From Octopus vulgaris (lineage: Eukaryota), in NCBI GenBank assembly GCA_951406725.2, contig OX597820.1:126666001-126730000 (forward strand): a stretch of 64,000 nt of DNA, read 5' to 3'. Numbering within the stretch: position 1 is the first letter of the stretch; each line of letters begins with the position of its first letter. Made by a program: the position numbers and the translations under genes. This document shows positions 12,745 to 26,377 of the stretch, piece after piece. Under the pieces are notes generated by a model. It was not told where the DNA came from, did no database searches, and saw only the letters and a program-made list of their open reading frames with translations.

Positions 12745-13380
12745 CAGTATAACAAGTATAATAATTTTACCAGCTGATTTCCCAACGTTCTCGGCAGTTT
12801 ACAGAAAATTCTATGCATGTGTGTATGCGCATGTGTGTGTGTGTGAGAGAAAGAGAGAGAGTGAGAGAGAGAATGAGTGAGTGTTTGACAATCATTAGTA
12901 CATGAAAGACATTGCCAAAGTGGCTGTGTGGTAAGTAGCTTGCTTACCAACCACATGGTTCCGGGTTCAGTCCACTGCATGGCACCTTCGGCAAGTGTCT
13001 TCTACTATAGCCTCAAGCCAACCAAAGCCTTGTGAGTGGATTTGGTAGATGGAAACTGAAAGAAGCCCGTCGTATATATGTATATATGTGTGTGTGTTTA
13101 TGTGTCTGTGTTTGTCCTCCCAACATCGCTTGACGACCAATGCTGATGTGTTTTTGTCCCCATAACTTAGCGGTTTGGCAGAAGAGACCGATAGAATAAG
13201 TACTAGGCTTACAAAGTCCTGGGGTAGATTTGCTCGACTAAAGGCGGTGCTCCTGCATGGCCACATTCAAATGACTGAAACAAGTAAAAGAGTAAAAAAG
13301 AGTATATAAATAAAATTTTCTGTAAACTGCTGAGAACGTTGAGAAATCAGCAAAATGTTGACAGTTGCCATACTTGTACC
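12745..13380. mobile_element. Foldback MITE-like element with a central SINE insertion
   Basis: Inverted arms CTGATTTCCCAACGTTCTCGGCAGTTTACAGAAAATT (~12774-12810) and AATTTTCTGTAAACTGCTGAGAACGTTGAGAAATCAG (~13314-13350) enclose a family B SINE. Confidence 0.65.
12919..13303 (+). mobile_element. tRNA-type SINE family B copy (internal microsatellite, CR1-like tail)
   Basis: GTGGCTGTGTGGTAAG...GGTTCAGTCC (A/B-box-like), GGCACCTTCGGCAAGTG, internal (TA/TG)n, 3' GGCGGTGCTCC.GCATGGCCAC...CTGAAACAAGTAAAAGAG. Many copies in the window. Confidence 0.85.
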
Positions 13381-13620
13381 GAAAGATAGGGAAATCAGTT
13401 TACCTAACAGACCGATAATGATTTTATAAAATTAAAAACGGGTGCACCTGAACGAAAGACAGGGAAGATTCTTGAGGTAATTGATATTGCTTCAAGTCCC
13501 TGATATGTCACTTGCTAGAGAAATTAGTAAGGTTACCGGCTACTAGGTAACCGTAGTCTGCAGAGGTACGAAAGCAACCAAAGCCGAAACTGATTTCTTT
13601 TGACAAGTTACTCCTTAGAA

Positions 13621-13713
13621 TATATGTATAGATAGATAGATAGATAGATATATAGATACATACATACATACATACATACATACATACATGAGTATATATA
13701 TGTATATATATAT

Positions 13714-13765
<52 letters not shown>

Positions 13766-14171
13766 ATACATACATACATACATACATACATGAGTATATA
13801 TATGTATATATATATATATAGATAGATAGATAGATAGATAGATATATAGATACATACATACATACATACATACATACATACATACATGAGTATATATATG
13901 TATATATAGATAGAGAGATAGATAGATAGATAGATAAATACATACATACATACATACATACATGGGTATATATATGTATATATATATATATAGATAGATA
14001 GATAGATAGATAGATATATAGATACATACATACATACATACATACATACATACATGAGTATATATATGTATATATATATATATAGATAGATAGATAGATA
14101 GATAGATCGATAGATAGATAGATAGATAAATACATACATACATACATACATGAGTATATATATGTATATAT

Positions 14172-14202
<31 letters not shown>

Positions 14203-14263
14203 TATAGATACATACATACATACATACATACATACATGAGTATATATATGTATATATATATAT

Positions 14264-14303
<40 letters not shown>

Positions 14304-14435
14304 ATACATACATACATACATACATACATGAGTATATATATGTATATATATATATATAGATAGATAGATATATAGATACATACATACATACATACATACA
14401 TACATACATGAGTATATATATGTATATATATATAT

Positions 14436-14475
<40 letters not shown>

Positions 14476-14610
14476 ATACATACATACATACATACATACA
14501 TGAGTATATATATGTATATATATATATATATAGATAGATAGATATAGATAATACATACATACATACATACATACATACATACATGAGTATATATATGTAT
14601 ATATATATAT

Positions 14611-14654
<44 letters not shown>

Positions 14655-14788
14655 ATACATACATACATACATACATACATGAGTATATATATGTATATAT
14701 ATATATATATATATTTAGATAGATAGATATATAGATACATACATACATACATACATACATACATACATGAGTATATATATGTATATAT

Positions 14789-14829
<41 letters not shown>

Positions 14830-14938
14830 AAGATAAATACATACATACATACAGACATACATACATACATACATACATACATACATGGGTATATATATGT
14901 ATATATATATATAGAGAGAGAGAGATAGATAGATACAT
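13621..14938. repeat. Higher-order compound microsatellite array [(TA)n(TAGA)n(TACA)nTGAG]
   Basis: About 14 monomers of roughly 90-100 bp, each ending CATGAG or CATGGG and alternating two junction types. Confidence 0.9.
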
Positions 14939-15207
14939 ATGGTCGGTCTATGGAGTTACTCTGTGTTTCTCATCCATGAAGCGCTTAGCTTTACAGCGTT
15001 TTTTCAGACCCTAGGCCATATTTTCTACTGCTCTATAACTTAGAGTGTGCTTCTTTCTTGGATTTAGGATTTACTGATGATATATATACACATATATATA
15101 TGTGTGTAAGTCATCTAAGAATCCATAAGTCAGGGAAAAGATGCACTCGTATATCTGTCAATAGAGTGGTATATTATCTGAAATGCAGAGTATTATATCT
15201 CCATCAT

Positions 15208-15299
15208 GGCTGATCTTACCAATCAGTTTCACACTAGGAATACAATGGAGTGATAGGTAACAATCCAGTTATATAACCTTATACTCATCAAAGTTAGCC
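15208..15299 (-). ncRNA. Decayed hammerhead-like motif with extended helix II
   Basis: Minus strand GGCTAACT-TTGATGA-GTATAAGG...CCTAGTGT-GAAA-CTGATTGG-TA-AGATCAGCC; helix III is consistent with a CpG-decayed ACCGATCGGT palindrome; C3>U. Confidence 0.45.
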
Positions 15300-16344
15300 G
15301 ATTTGAAGTTAGCTGATATATATATCTTTTACTCTCTTTTATTTGTTTCAGTCATTTGACTGTGCCCATGCTGGAGCACCACCTTTTAGTCGAGCAAATC
15401 GACCCCAGGACTTATACTTTGTAAGCCTAGTACTTATTCTATCGGTCTCATTTGCCATGAATCAAATCAGATAAATCCAATAATTCCAAAGAAATGTTTC
15501 AAATCAGTCCAAAAATGTTTCTATAGTCATTCATTTTCGTGATGAAACTATTCCAGGAAAATGTTCAACATTTTCATTGGCCCCACAAAATGTACTTTCA
15601 TACCCTGTTCCTGAGCATATGCTCTGCTCACATCTTTCCTGCAGGCGTTGACCTACAAGAGTTTAACCAGAACATCAATTGCACCAATCTGACCAATTCC
15701 AGAGATCCTGCAACAATAATGGACTCTTCCCTTTCCTCCAGACTCAGCAATTAAAAAAAAAAGGAAAACAAGAGAAACAATGTCAATGGCTAATATTTTT
15801 AGTGTTACACTCTGAAACAGGTGTAAAGTAAAAATTTGCTGGGAAAATGGCATAGAACTGAGAGATAACAATGTTAAATAAGTAAATCTTTTGGATAAAA
15901 AACTTCTCTCACAGAAGGAAATAACCATTTAATTCCTTTACCCTTTCTTTCTCTATGAAGCAGTGATAGCTATTTTGAAAGTCAGCTGATCAGAGTTTGG
16001 AGACAGATGAAATAGTAAAAAAATTGCAATATTTATTCCTGTATAACTTTTTTCATTAGCTGTTTAATATTCCTTGCATTAAATATGTTAATGATAATTT
16101 AATTATTTCATAAAAATGGGAGTTGACTGCTGGGGAGAGAAATGGTTATTTCTCTATCTATGGGGCTCACAATAATAACACTCAGAATACTTCTGATACA
16201 TATTGTATCATTTCTATCTCTCTCTTTCTCTTTCTCTCTCTCTCTCTCTCTCTCCCTCTCTCTCTCTTTCTTTCTCTCTCTCTCTCTCACATCACTGCCA
16301 TCACCATCATCAACACACACCCTCACCACAACTATAACTACCAC

Positions 16345-16378
<34 letters not shown>

Positions 16379-17694
16379 GCACAGATGCACATGCATGCAC
16401 ACAAACACACATGTACACAATGCTGGGAAAATTAATAGTAAAACTGTTGTTAGCTAACTCTGTGTTAGCACTAAACAAGTAGACTTATGATAAAAGGCAT
16501 TCCAGCCATGACCATCTGGATTTTTCAAGAGTTTATTTATTTATTCATTTACTTATTTTGTATATTTATAACTAAACTTCCTGCCTTATTTCTTTAAGTT
16601 ATGACCTGTGAGAGGTTTGGCTGCTGTTTCTAGCTGACTAAGCAACTGCATGAGTTTCCTGCATTGGTTAAGATTTTGCGACTTAAAACATGGACGTTGC
16701 TGTGTTGTTAGCTTTGCTTTTGGATAACACAGTGTAATACGATTTTTATCCTTGAATGGTAACTGTTATTTCCTATTTGCTTACCCACAGAAGGTATGAA
16801 AAACGGCTAATATTTCCTTCAAACTTTACATTTGCTACATTTATTCAAACCCCAAAGAATTCCTCTCAACACATGGCTATGATGCTCCCCTACTACTCTA
16901 CTCCTGCTCATGATCAGAGATGCACATATTGTCAGCCACTAAGGGACATGCTCAAGTGGTTAAGGTCAAGCAACTGACAAGCAAATCTTCGGTATTGAAC
17001 AAAATATTTGCTATAATGATATTTCTACTTCAGCAACTCAGCACTGAAATAGGCCAGTTTCAAAGCATTGATGTCCAGGTCACAAAAGCAGTTTGAAAAG
17101 CATAGTTGATATTTTCATTGATTTCTAGATAGGAGCAAATAGAAAATAACACTTGGTGACCAAAAGACAAAAACAAGAAAATTAAAATTTTGTTACATAG
17201 CTCAATTTAATGTGAGGAGGAAGGAGGCAACATCTATGGCCCTTTTGAAGGATCTCAAGATTAGTAAGCGAAATGGAAGAAGTTATTTTCAGACCAGAGA
17301 TGTTATCAGCAAGCTTGCAATGAAATGGACAATATTACAAGAACCGAGGACCAAGTGCTGATGCTAAATTGAGGAAACAGATTAAATCTTCTGGCTGACA
17401 AGCACAAAGCAACAACTACTCCACACTGTTTCTATCAACCAAAGACTTTATTCAATATGAGGCTATGTTAGCAGTCATATTTGATTCCAAGATGTCATGC
17501 AGTGGGTTCCAACTTGAAATCTCATAGTTACAGACCAAACTTCTAAACTACAGAGGCATGTCTGGGCCCATGTTAAAATACTATTCTCAAGTGAGGCAGA
17601 GAACTGATGGGGTGGTTCAGAAGTTCAGTTTCCAACATGTACTTGGGCAAGTGCTATCTGTGTGTGTGTGCATGTGTGTGTGTGTGTGTGTGAA

Positions 17695-18012
17695 GGCATG
17701 TGGCCTAGTGGTTAGGGCATTCGGCTGACAATCATAAGGTCATGAGTTCAATTCTCAGCGACACTTGTGTCCTTGAGCAAGACACTTTATTTCCTGTCGC
17801 TCCAGTCCAATCAACTAGCAAAAATGAGTTGTACCCGTATTTCAAAGGACCAGCCTTGTCACAATCTGTGTCACACTGAATCTCCTTGAGAACTATGTGA
17901 AGGGTACACATGTCTGTGGAGTACTCAGCCACTTGCACATTAATTTCGCGAGCAAGCTGTTCCGTTGATCATATCAGCTAGGCCCGTCATCGTTGTAACT
18001 GACAGAGTGCTC
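17695..18012 (+). mobile_element. tRNA-type SINE family C copy
   Basis: GGCATGTGGCCTAGTGGTTAGG...GAGTTCAATTC...TGTGTCCTTGAGCAAGACACTTTATTTC...GCTCCAGTCCA. Relatives at 2645(-), 48945, 49037, 57690(-) and 63040. Confidence 0.8.
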
Positions 18013-18436
18013 CTGTATATATATGTTTATACACACACACACACACACACACATATATGTATGTGTGTATATAATTAGGAAGTCTTGAAAGAGTTCAGAT
18101 TATAAAAAGGAGAAAAACAATGAGATGGAAGAGAATTCTAAAGTCTAGCAGTTCAAAGAAAAATGTATGACCATAGAAAGACATCCTTATTCATAGAAGC
18201 ACCATGGTGTTTGAATGAAGATGTTGTGATATGATATATAATCCTTTCTAGGAAAGGCACAGGGCATTTGGTGGGAGAGGACCAGTCAATTACATCAACC
18301 CAGAGTTGCACCACTACTTAATTTATTGACCTCAAAAGGATGAAAAGCAAAGTCCACCTCAGCAGAATTTGAACTCAGAATGTAGCAATGGGCGAAATAA
18401 ATGCTAAGTATTTCGTCCAGCATGCTAACAATTTTG

Positions 18437-18470
<34 letters not shown>

Positions 18471-20689
18471 TGTCGTCGTCGTCGTCGTCGTCATCATTTC
18501 ATGCTCACTTTTCTATGCTGGCATGCCTCAGACAGGAATGTATTGAGGCATATTTTTCAATGGATGGATGCCCTTCCTGTTATCAACACTCACCTGTTTC
18601 CCAGCCAGGTAATATTGCCCATAGCTTGATAAGTTTTTCACGGAAGACAGGAAACACACAACAGTACTTGTATAACGGTGAGGTTCATTTACAACCATCA
18701 CACGGTGTTTACACAATCGTACACACAACACATACACAGGCACATATGTGTATGTATATATGTGTGTATGTGCTTGTACTACTAGTCTTGACATAGCATG
18801 ATAGTCTTAAATCAGTGTCATCGTCATATAAGTGATGCCATTCATTTGCAGTCTTTCATGGAAGTATGTTCAGCTATGATGATGATGATGGTGATGGTGA
18901 TGGTGATGGTGATGGTGATGGTGCTAGTAGTTACCAATATTACTTAATGATGTATCATTCTGGAACTGTGTTCCAGAAATCTATCAAATGTTTATCAGTG
19001 AAATAGATATGTATAATGATGACATGGTGAAACAAGATTAACTATCATAAATAGCATAAATGGCTTAATTAGAAAGAACTAATTATCAATGAACCAGAGT
19101 AATACTGATTAAAAGCTAATCTCCCCACCTCACTCACACACACACATACTTTAATGTTATCCTAAATACAAGTGTGTGTAAGGCTACCATTAATGTACAT
19201 GAGAGATAGCAATCACACTGGATGGAATTTATCACAGCAAGTTTTACCAATACAACTAAATGCATATTAGTAGGATCATCTACACACTGCTTTTAAAAAC
19301 CCTGATTAATCTTTGGTTTTCCTTCTTTTTTTTGTTTGCTTTTTTTTTTGCTTCGTTTTGTATTTCGTTAGTTTGGCCTACCTCACCTCCTTAGTTCAAG
19401 TATCACCTACTTTATTCCATTAAAAGCTATAGATAAACTTCTTTGATGTCAACCCACTTGGGACTGCTTCCATATCTGTGATTATAAACCCCAACATTTT
19501 AAAGCATTAATATTTAAATTGAAGGCTTCCACTGTAATTTAATGTAAGAATCTTTTGTTCAGTGATGCAACGAACTCCATTGTTAATAATGAAGAAGTCA
19601 GTTATTTATACTAAACCCAGGTGATTTCTGGATTATTTTCAAATTAATTGGAAAAGCATAAGCAGTGTATTTCTTTGGAAATATGGTAACAAAAGGGTTA
19701 ATAACTGACATAATTGTTGTACTTGTTTCTGTAATTGGTTGGTAAAATCAACTGAACTTTGAACTAAGTGCCTTGTGGTATATTGTTTCTGTTACTACCC
19801 CCACCATGTGTTCAATAATGCAAATCCACTCAGATTTACTTTTGAGGTTTGAGATTTCTGGAAAATTATTGGCCATGAGGACTGCTTTGGGCAAGAATGG
19901 CAGAAGAATTTGCATTCCATTTGGGATATGGTTCTATATCATGAACACTATTTCAATGGAACCAAGAGTATTTGGTAAGAGTTATTTGCATTTTGAGTTC
20001 AAATCCTGTCCTGGTCAACTTTACTTTCCTTTCTCCTGGAGACTATAAGACTGTCAAGTAACAAGCATGACGGTGTGGTAAGAGGCTTGCTTCCCAAGCA
20101 TATGGTTCTAGGTTCAGTCCTACTGTGTGACACCTTGAGCCTCAGCTATAGCCTCAGGCTGACCAAAGCCTTGTAAGTGGATTTCGTAGACAGAAACTGA
20201 AAGAAGCCCCTCGTGTGTGTGTGTGTGATGTGTGTGTGTGTGACTTTGTGTCTTTGTTCCCTACCACCACTTGACAACTGGTGTTGGTGTGTTTACATCA
20301 CTGTAACTTTGAGATTCAGCAAAAGAGACTGATGGAATAAGTACCAGGCTTACACAAAAAATAAAAACAGTACTGAGGTAAATTCATTCGACTACAAATT
20401 CCTCAAGGTGGTGCCCCAGCATGGCCGCAATCTAGTGACTGATACAAGTAAAATGATAAAACAATTAAAAAGATGATGAGAGCAATTGCAACTGGCGGAA
20501 ATCTTATCTAGCAGAATTATCAATGTTCTAAAAAATTTTTTGAGGTATATGTGTCATGATTTTAAGTTTTGAGTTCAATTCTCACTTAGATCAACTTTGG
20601 TTTTCATTTCTCCATCGTTGATGAAATGTCAAGTGCTGGGCTCAGTTTAATTGACTAACTCCTCGTCTCAAAATTTCAGGCTTTGGGCT

Positions 20690-21141
20690 TAACTCTGTAG
20701 CATTTAAACTGGCCATATCTGACCAAAATATTCTTTTCTACTTTAAGCACAAGGTCTGAAATTTTGGGAGAGGGGGCCAATCGATTAGATCGACCTTAGT
20801 ATGCAACTGGTACTTAATTTATCAACCCCCAACAGATGAAAAGCAAAGTCGACCTCGGAACTTGAACTCAGAATGTAAAGGCAGATGAAATACTGCCAAG
20901 CATTTCGCCTGGCATACTAACGTTACTGCCAGCTCACCGCCTTCTGGCCAAAATATTCTGTCTCTTTTAAGTTCAAACTGGCCAGATCCAAAATCTCACA
21001 CTTATTCTACAATATAATGGTAAAAATAAACAATCACATCATTGAAATCTTGAAACCACAAGATAACGTATGATTAATTCAAAACTATGTATATCAATAA
21101 GCATTACATTTGACAAAGTAATCCGAAAGCAAAAGGGTTAA
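20690..21141. mobile_element. TTAA-flanked piggyBac-type MITE carrying a SINE A insertion with a 17-bp TSD
   Basis: TTAACTCTGTAGCATT...GCAAAAGGGTTAA ends. SINE at 20735-20943 is flanked by TCTGACCAAAATATTCT / TCTGGCCAAAATATTCT. Related copies at ~34455-34688 (opposite strand) and ~51215-51430. Confidence 0.7.
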
Positions 21142-22030
21142 ATTAGAAACAATCTTTAAGGGGGTGAGCTGGCAGAATCAGTAGAACATTGAAAACTAGG
21201 ACCTTCCGATATTTATATCTGTTCTTTACATTCTGAGTTCAAATCCTGCCAGGATCAACTTCACTTTTCACTCCTCTTGGGCTGATACAATATTGTAGCA
21301 GTTAAGTACTGAGGTCAAGGATATCTACTGACCCTGTCCCCTCAAAGCCACTGGCTTCATGCCTAAATTAGACATAGTTATTAAAGGGAGTGATCTGGCA
21401 GAATCCTTGGAGTAGCTGTAAAAGTGCTTTGTGATATTTATTCTGGATTTTTAGATTCTGAGTTCAAATCCAACCAAGATCAACTTTGCTTTCATCCTTT
21501 TGGAGTCAATAAAATAAAGTACAAGTGATATACCAGGGCTGACAGAATCCTCCCAAACTGTTGGCCTCGCACCTAAATTAGAAACCATCATCATTCTTAT
21601 CATTATTATCCTTGTTATTATCAGCAACATCATCATCATCGTCATCATCATCCTCATTATCAACATCATCATCATCATCAGTATCATCATCATTACTACT
21701 ATTATTATTATTATTATTATTATTATTGGAGGCTGGCTGCGTGCCAACGAAACTCCTAATCATATATTTTATTATTCCATTCAACTGTTTACAATCAAGG
21801 CTGAATGAAACCTAGGCATTCCATTGCCAGTTTATCTATACTACTGCAGCTGATGATGATGATGCTGGTGGTGGTGGTGGTGGTGGTGGCGTTGGCGGTG
21901 GTGGTGGTGGTGGTGGTGGCAGTGGTGGCGGTGGCAGTGGTGGTGGTGGTAAGGATGATGAAGATGAAGACGAGGAAAAATCATGATCACAATCATGGTG
22001 AGGAGGAGAAGGAGATAGCTAGATCACAGA

Positions 22031-22093
<63 letters not shown>

Positions 22094-23569
22094 AAACACA
22101 CACATATTTCACATACAGATATATAAGTGTTCAGGCTTACAAATATATGCAGAAACTCATATGCAATTATGCATCCATGTACACACTCACACAAATATGG
22201 TTTAATTACATGTAGCTATATATATATATATATATATAAAGCATGTTAATGTATTAATACTTATATACACTTACATTTATATATACTTATAAGCACACAC
22301 ACAAATAGAGACAGAAGTCCGTACCATTCCATGGAAGTGAAATACGACTTTGATGGGTTTCTCCCACAGTCAGATGATTAGAGGTGGCAGAATCGTTAGC
22401 TCACCAGGCGAAATGCTTTGCAGTATTTCATCTGCTGTTACGTTCTGAGTTCAAATTCCACCGAGGTCGACTTTGCCTTTCATCCATTTGGGAGCGATTA
22501 AATAAGTACCAGTTATGCACTGAGGTCGATATAATCGACTTAATATCCCTTTGTCTGTCCTTGTTTGTCCCCTCTGTGTTTAGGCTCCTTGTGGGCAATA
22601 AAGAAATAAGATGATTAGCTCTGGTCATATGCACCTACTCAGGATTTGAACTCAGAAAGTAAAGAACCAAATCAAATACCATTAAACAGCTTATCTGATG
22701 CTTTAACTCTTCAACTAATCCACTGGCCTGGATTAACACTTCCTTTATCATCCATGAAAGATGAAAGACAATATTGAATTCAGCAGGATTTGGACTCAAA
22801 GTGCAGAGAGCAGGAAAAAGTATTGCAAGGAACTGTGCCCCATGCTCTAATAACTTTGCCAATTCATTGTCTTAATTCCATAGGGGTGGGCCCTGACATC
22901 TCATCACCAACATTATCTCTATCCTTTCTTTCCACCTGGGGTAGACATGTATCTCCACTGTGGAAGGACATCTGTACCTGTCCTTCCTTCGTACTTTAAC
23001 CCAGTAGTTTTCAGGTGGAGCCCAATATGGCATTTTGAGGGTCCAGATAAGATTTTACTGTTAAAATTTATATGTAATAAATTGGTTATTATTTCTACAA
23101 TGTGAAGGCTCATGGCTCAGTGGTTAGAGCATTGGGCTCAGTCATGAGGTAGTGGGTTCAATTCCCAGCTGCAGAAATAAGCTGTATCGATAGAATAAGT
23201 CCTGGGGTCGATTTGCTCGACTAAAGGCAGTGCTCCAGCATGGCCACAGCCAAATGACTGAAACAAGTAAAAGAGTAGCACAAACAGTTTGAATGCTGCT
23301 AAGGTTGACTTTGCTTTTCATCCTTTCAAGGTTGATAAAATAAATAACGGTTGAGCACTAGGCTGAATGTAACTGATTTATTCTATACTCCACCACCCCC
23401 ACCGAAAGAAACTGCTGGCCTTGCGCCAACATTTGAAACCCATGTTATACCCCAACTCAGTTGAGGGGACTTGTCTTGTGAGTTACTTGGTGACCTCCCA
23501 AATGCAAATGCCATGGAAAAAGCACCCAGTGCAATTTGTAAAGTGTTCAAATGGAAATTGTAGTTGTGA

Positions 23570-23895
23570 TACCTGTGCCAGTGGCATGTAAAAAGCACCA
23601 TCCGAACGTGGCCAATGCCAGCGCCGCCTTGACTGGCTTCTGTGCCGGTGGCATGTAAAAAGCACCAACTGATCGTGGCCGTTGCCAGCCTCCACTGACA
23701 CCTGTGCTATGGCACGTAAAAAGCACCAACTACTCTCACGGAGTAGTTAGCGTTAGGAAGGGCATCCAGCTGTAGAAACACTGCCAGATCAGACTGGAGC
23801 CTGGTGCAGCCTCCATGGCTTCCCAGACCCCAGTCGAACCATCCAACCTGTGCTAGCACGGGAAACAGACGTTAAACGATGATGATGATGATGAT
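23570..23895 (+). mobile_element. RTE 3'-UTR-only copy
   Basis: ~60-bp AAAAGCACC...GTGCCGGTGGCAC-type units, then GTTAGGAAGGGCATCCAGCTGTAGAAAC and a (GAT)n tail. Confidence 0.85.
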
Positions 23896-24512
23896 GTAGC
23901 AGTTAGGAAGGACATCAAGCAACAGAGAGCTTACCAATGAATATATTGGAGCTTGATGCAGTCCACTGGCTCATCAGGTCTTGTTGAACAGTCCAACCCA
24001 TGACAAACATAGAAGACGGACATTAAACAATGCGGATGATGGTGATGGTGATGGTGATGGTGATGGTGATGATGATGGTGATGGTGCTAATTACTACTAG
24101 GGTGTTAATTACTGTCATTATATAGAACCAGAAGTATGGATTCTTCACTGAAAGCTGCTATTCAGTGAAGAGGGCATGAGAGTAACCCTTAAAATGTTCC
24201 ATCCAATGACCTTTGTTAGTGCTATTGTTACTACTACTGCTGGTTGAGTTATTATTGGTGGTGGTGGTGGTGGTGGTGGTGGTAGTGGCTGTGGTGGTGG
24301 TAGTGGTGGTGGTAGTGGTGGTGGTGCTGCTGCTGCTGCCACTGCTGCTACTGTTGCTTTTCAAAAGGTGTTTAGAAAGTACTCTGCTTGTAACCTTTAT
24401 GATTTTCTTGACCTTTGATTAGATTTCTTAATGAGGCACTGATTGACTTTGTCATTAAAATTAACTTTGAGAACTGCAAACATCAAAGGAATGTGTTGAG
24501 TGTGAGATAAAT

Positions 24513-24587
<75 letters not shown>

Positions 24588-24967
24588 ATGTATGCTCATA
24601 CGTTTATGCATAAGGATGCTTGTATACATATGTATGAGTACCTGTTGGTGTACATGAGCATAAATAGTACACACACACTTACATATACATACACATGTAT
24701 CTAAACACACACACACATATATATACATATATATACAAACTTCTACAAATACACACACACGGTCACACATATATATTTACATATATATCTACATATGTGT
24801 TCATGACTGATTAAGTGTGTGTATGTATATATCTGTATATGTCTGAAGAATTTTTCTATTCTTTTTGCATTTGTATCCACTAACACACTTACCATACATG
24901 TAGTGTATGCTACATGTGTATATAGGTGAATGCATATGTCTGTCATGTATCTATCTCTTTGTCGTCG

Positions 24968-25022
<55 letters not shown>

Positions 25023-25295
25023 TCATCATCATCGTTGTCATCATCATTGTCGTCGTCGTTGTCATCATCATCACAATCATCATCATCATTATCATCACCG
25101 TCACCATCAACATCACTTTTATATCTGCTTTTCCATGCTTGATTGGGTGGGATGAGTGTTTTCGAAGCAGTGTTTCACAGCCAGCTACCTTTCCTCATAC
25201 CAACTTTTTCAGTTACTTAGGAAATGCAGGGATACCTGTTCTAAATTCCAGGACATACAGTTATATTATTTAATAAGCACAGTATATAGTTTTAT

Positions 25296-25384
25296 GAGCT
25301 TCTAATAAGCAGTTTCATGTGGTGAAAACAACTTAGATAGCATTTTATAACATATCTAGTGCCTTCACACAATCTTCAGGCTCT
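25296..25384 (-). ncRNA. Hammerhead-like motif with extended helix II downstream of a Penelope endonuclease
   Basis: Minus AGAGC-CTGAAGA-TTGTGTGAAGGCACTAGATA...TATCTAAGTTGTTTTCACCACAT-GAAA-CTGCTTATTAG-AA-GCTC; helix I GAGC/GCTC; U16.1 appears mutated to A. Confidence 0.55.
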
Positions 25385-25578
25385 GCCCACATGGCATAAC
25401 AACCTAAAGCAAGACTATAGGATGAGAGAAAAATGAGAAAAGACAACAAGGAAGTAGATGTAAAAGGTGAAAGGTTGAAAACACTGGAATATGGAAAAGA
25501 AAACAGGAAAAAGAAAGAGGGGAAGAATTAGGGTTATATTCCCTTTGATCATAAAGTCAAGGCTGAAGGGAAAGCAGC

Positions 25579-26183
25579 TTAGAGTCTGTGGTACAGTTGC
25601 TCAATCCTGAGGGGTGATATTTTCCAATTCACCAATAGAAACTTCTTCATATGTTTACAACTCCTGAAAATTTCAGATCTGGAATACAGCAGTGCGGTGG
25701 AGTTCTTAGACCTAAAAAGGATCTGTGTACTTCCAGCTATCCATAGCTTACATTTTTTTGACCCATTGACATATGGCGTGGACTTTTCAACTATTTTCCA
25801 CTTTATTGTATGTGGTATGGCATTGGACTTCAAACCCCATATGTGGTTAGTCAACTGAGTGGCTTTACTATTGTCCCTGTGCTGGAAGGAAGATTTTTGA
25901 AGTCACTGTCATATAGCCCAATGTAGATCTTTTCAGTTATGATATCATTTAGTGTTGCTCTAACTTCTGCCTCATATATGACAGATTTAATCATCAAATG
26001 GATGGGTTCCTGGGTCACAACAGTTACAACTGGGAATGGGTTCTTGGTGGTACTTGCATGTAATGATGCTTTCAAATTGGGGCAGCAACTATATGATAAT
26101 TTGACTGAGCACCTGTTGAATATTTTTCTGTACCTGTGATTTTCTGGAAAATGTTGGTCTAAAAGACGATATGTTTGTGACAT
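25579..26183 (-). pseudogene. Penelope-like retroelement C-terminal GIY-YIG endonuclease remnant
   Basis: HFPENHRYRKIFNRCSVKLSYSCCPN, VIYEAEV...IYIG, HIWGLK...IKWKIVEK..PY..GSKKCKL...LL..RSEIF.SCKH across frameshifted ORFs 25851-26183 and 25579-25854. Confidence 0.85.
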
Positions 26184-26377
26184 ATTTCAACATTTGAAAA
26201 TAAATTCTTTGATAAGAGAGAACTTTTCTCTACAGTAACTGCAGGAAATTTGCCTTAAGAAGTTGAAATATGCTTAGTGGTGAATATATATATACATATA
26301 CATATATAAATTTTATTTGTTAGGGAATAAAAATTCCGGCATCACAGGGGTTCAAATTATTCTCAATGAAGAAATAT

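Noticed and set aside
13508-14938. Long ORFs of 354-476 aa (YLSI/YVCM/IYIY repeats)
   Set aside because: Translations of stop-free microsatellite strands, open in all three frames; not genes.
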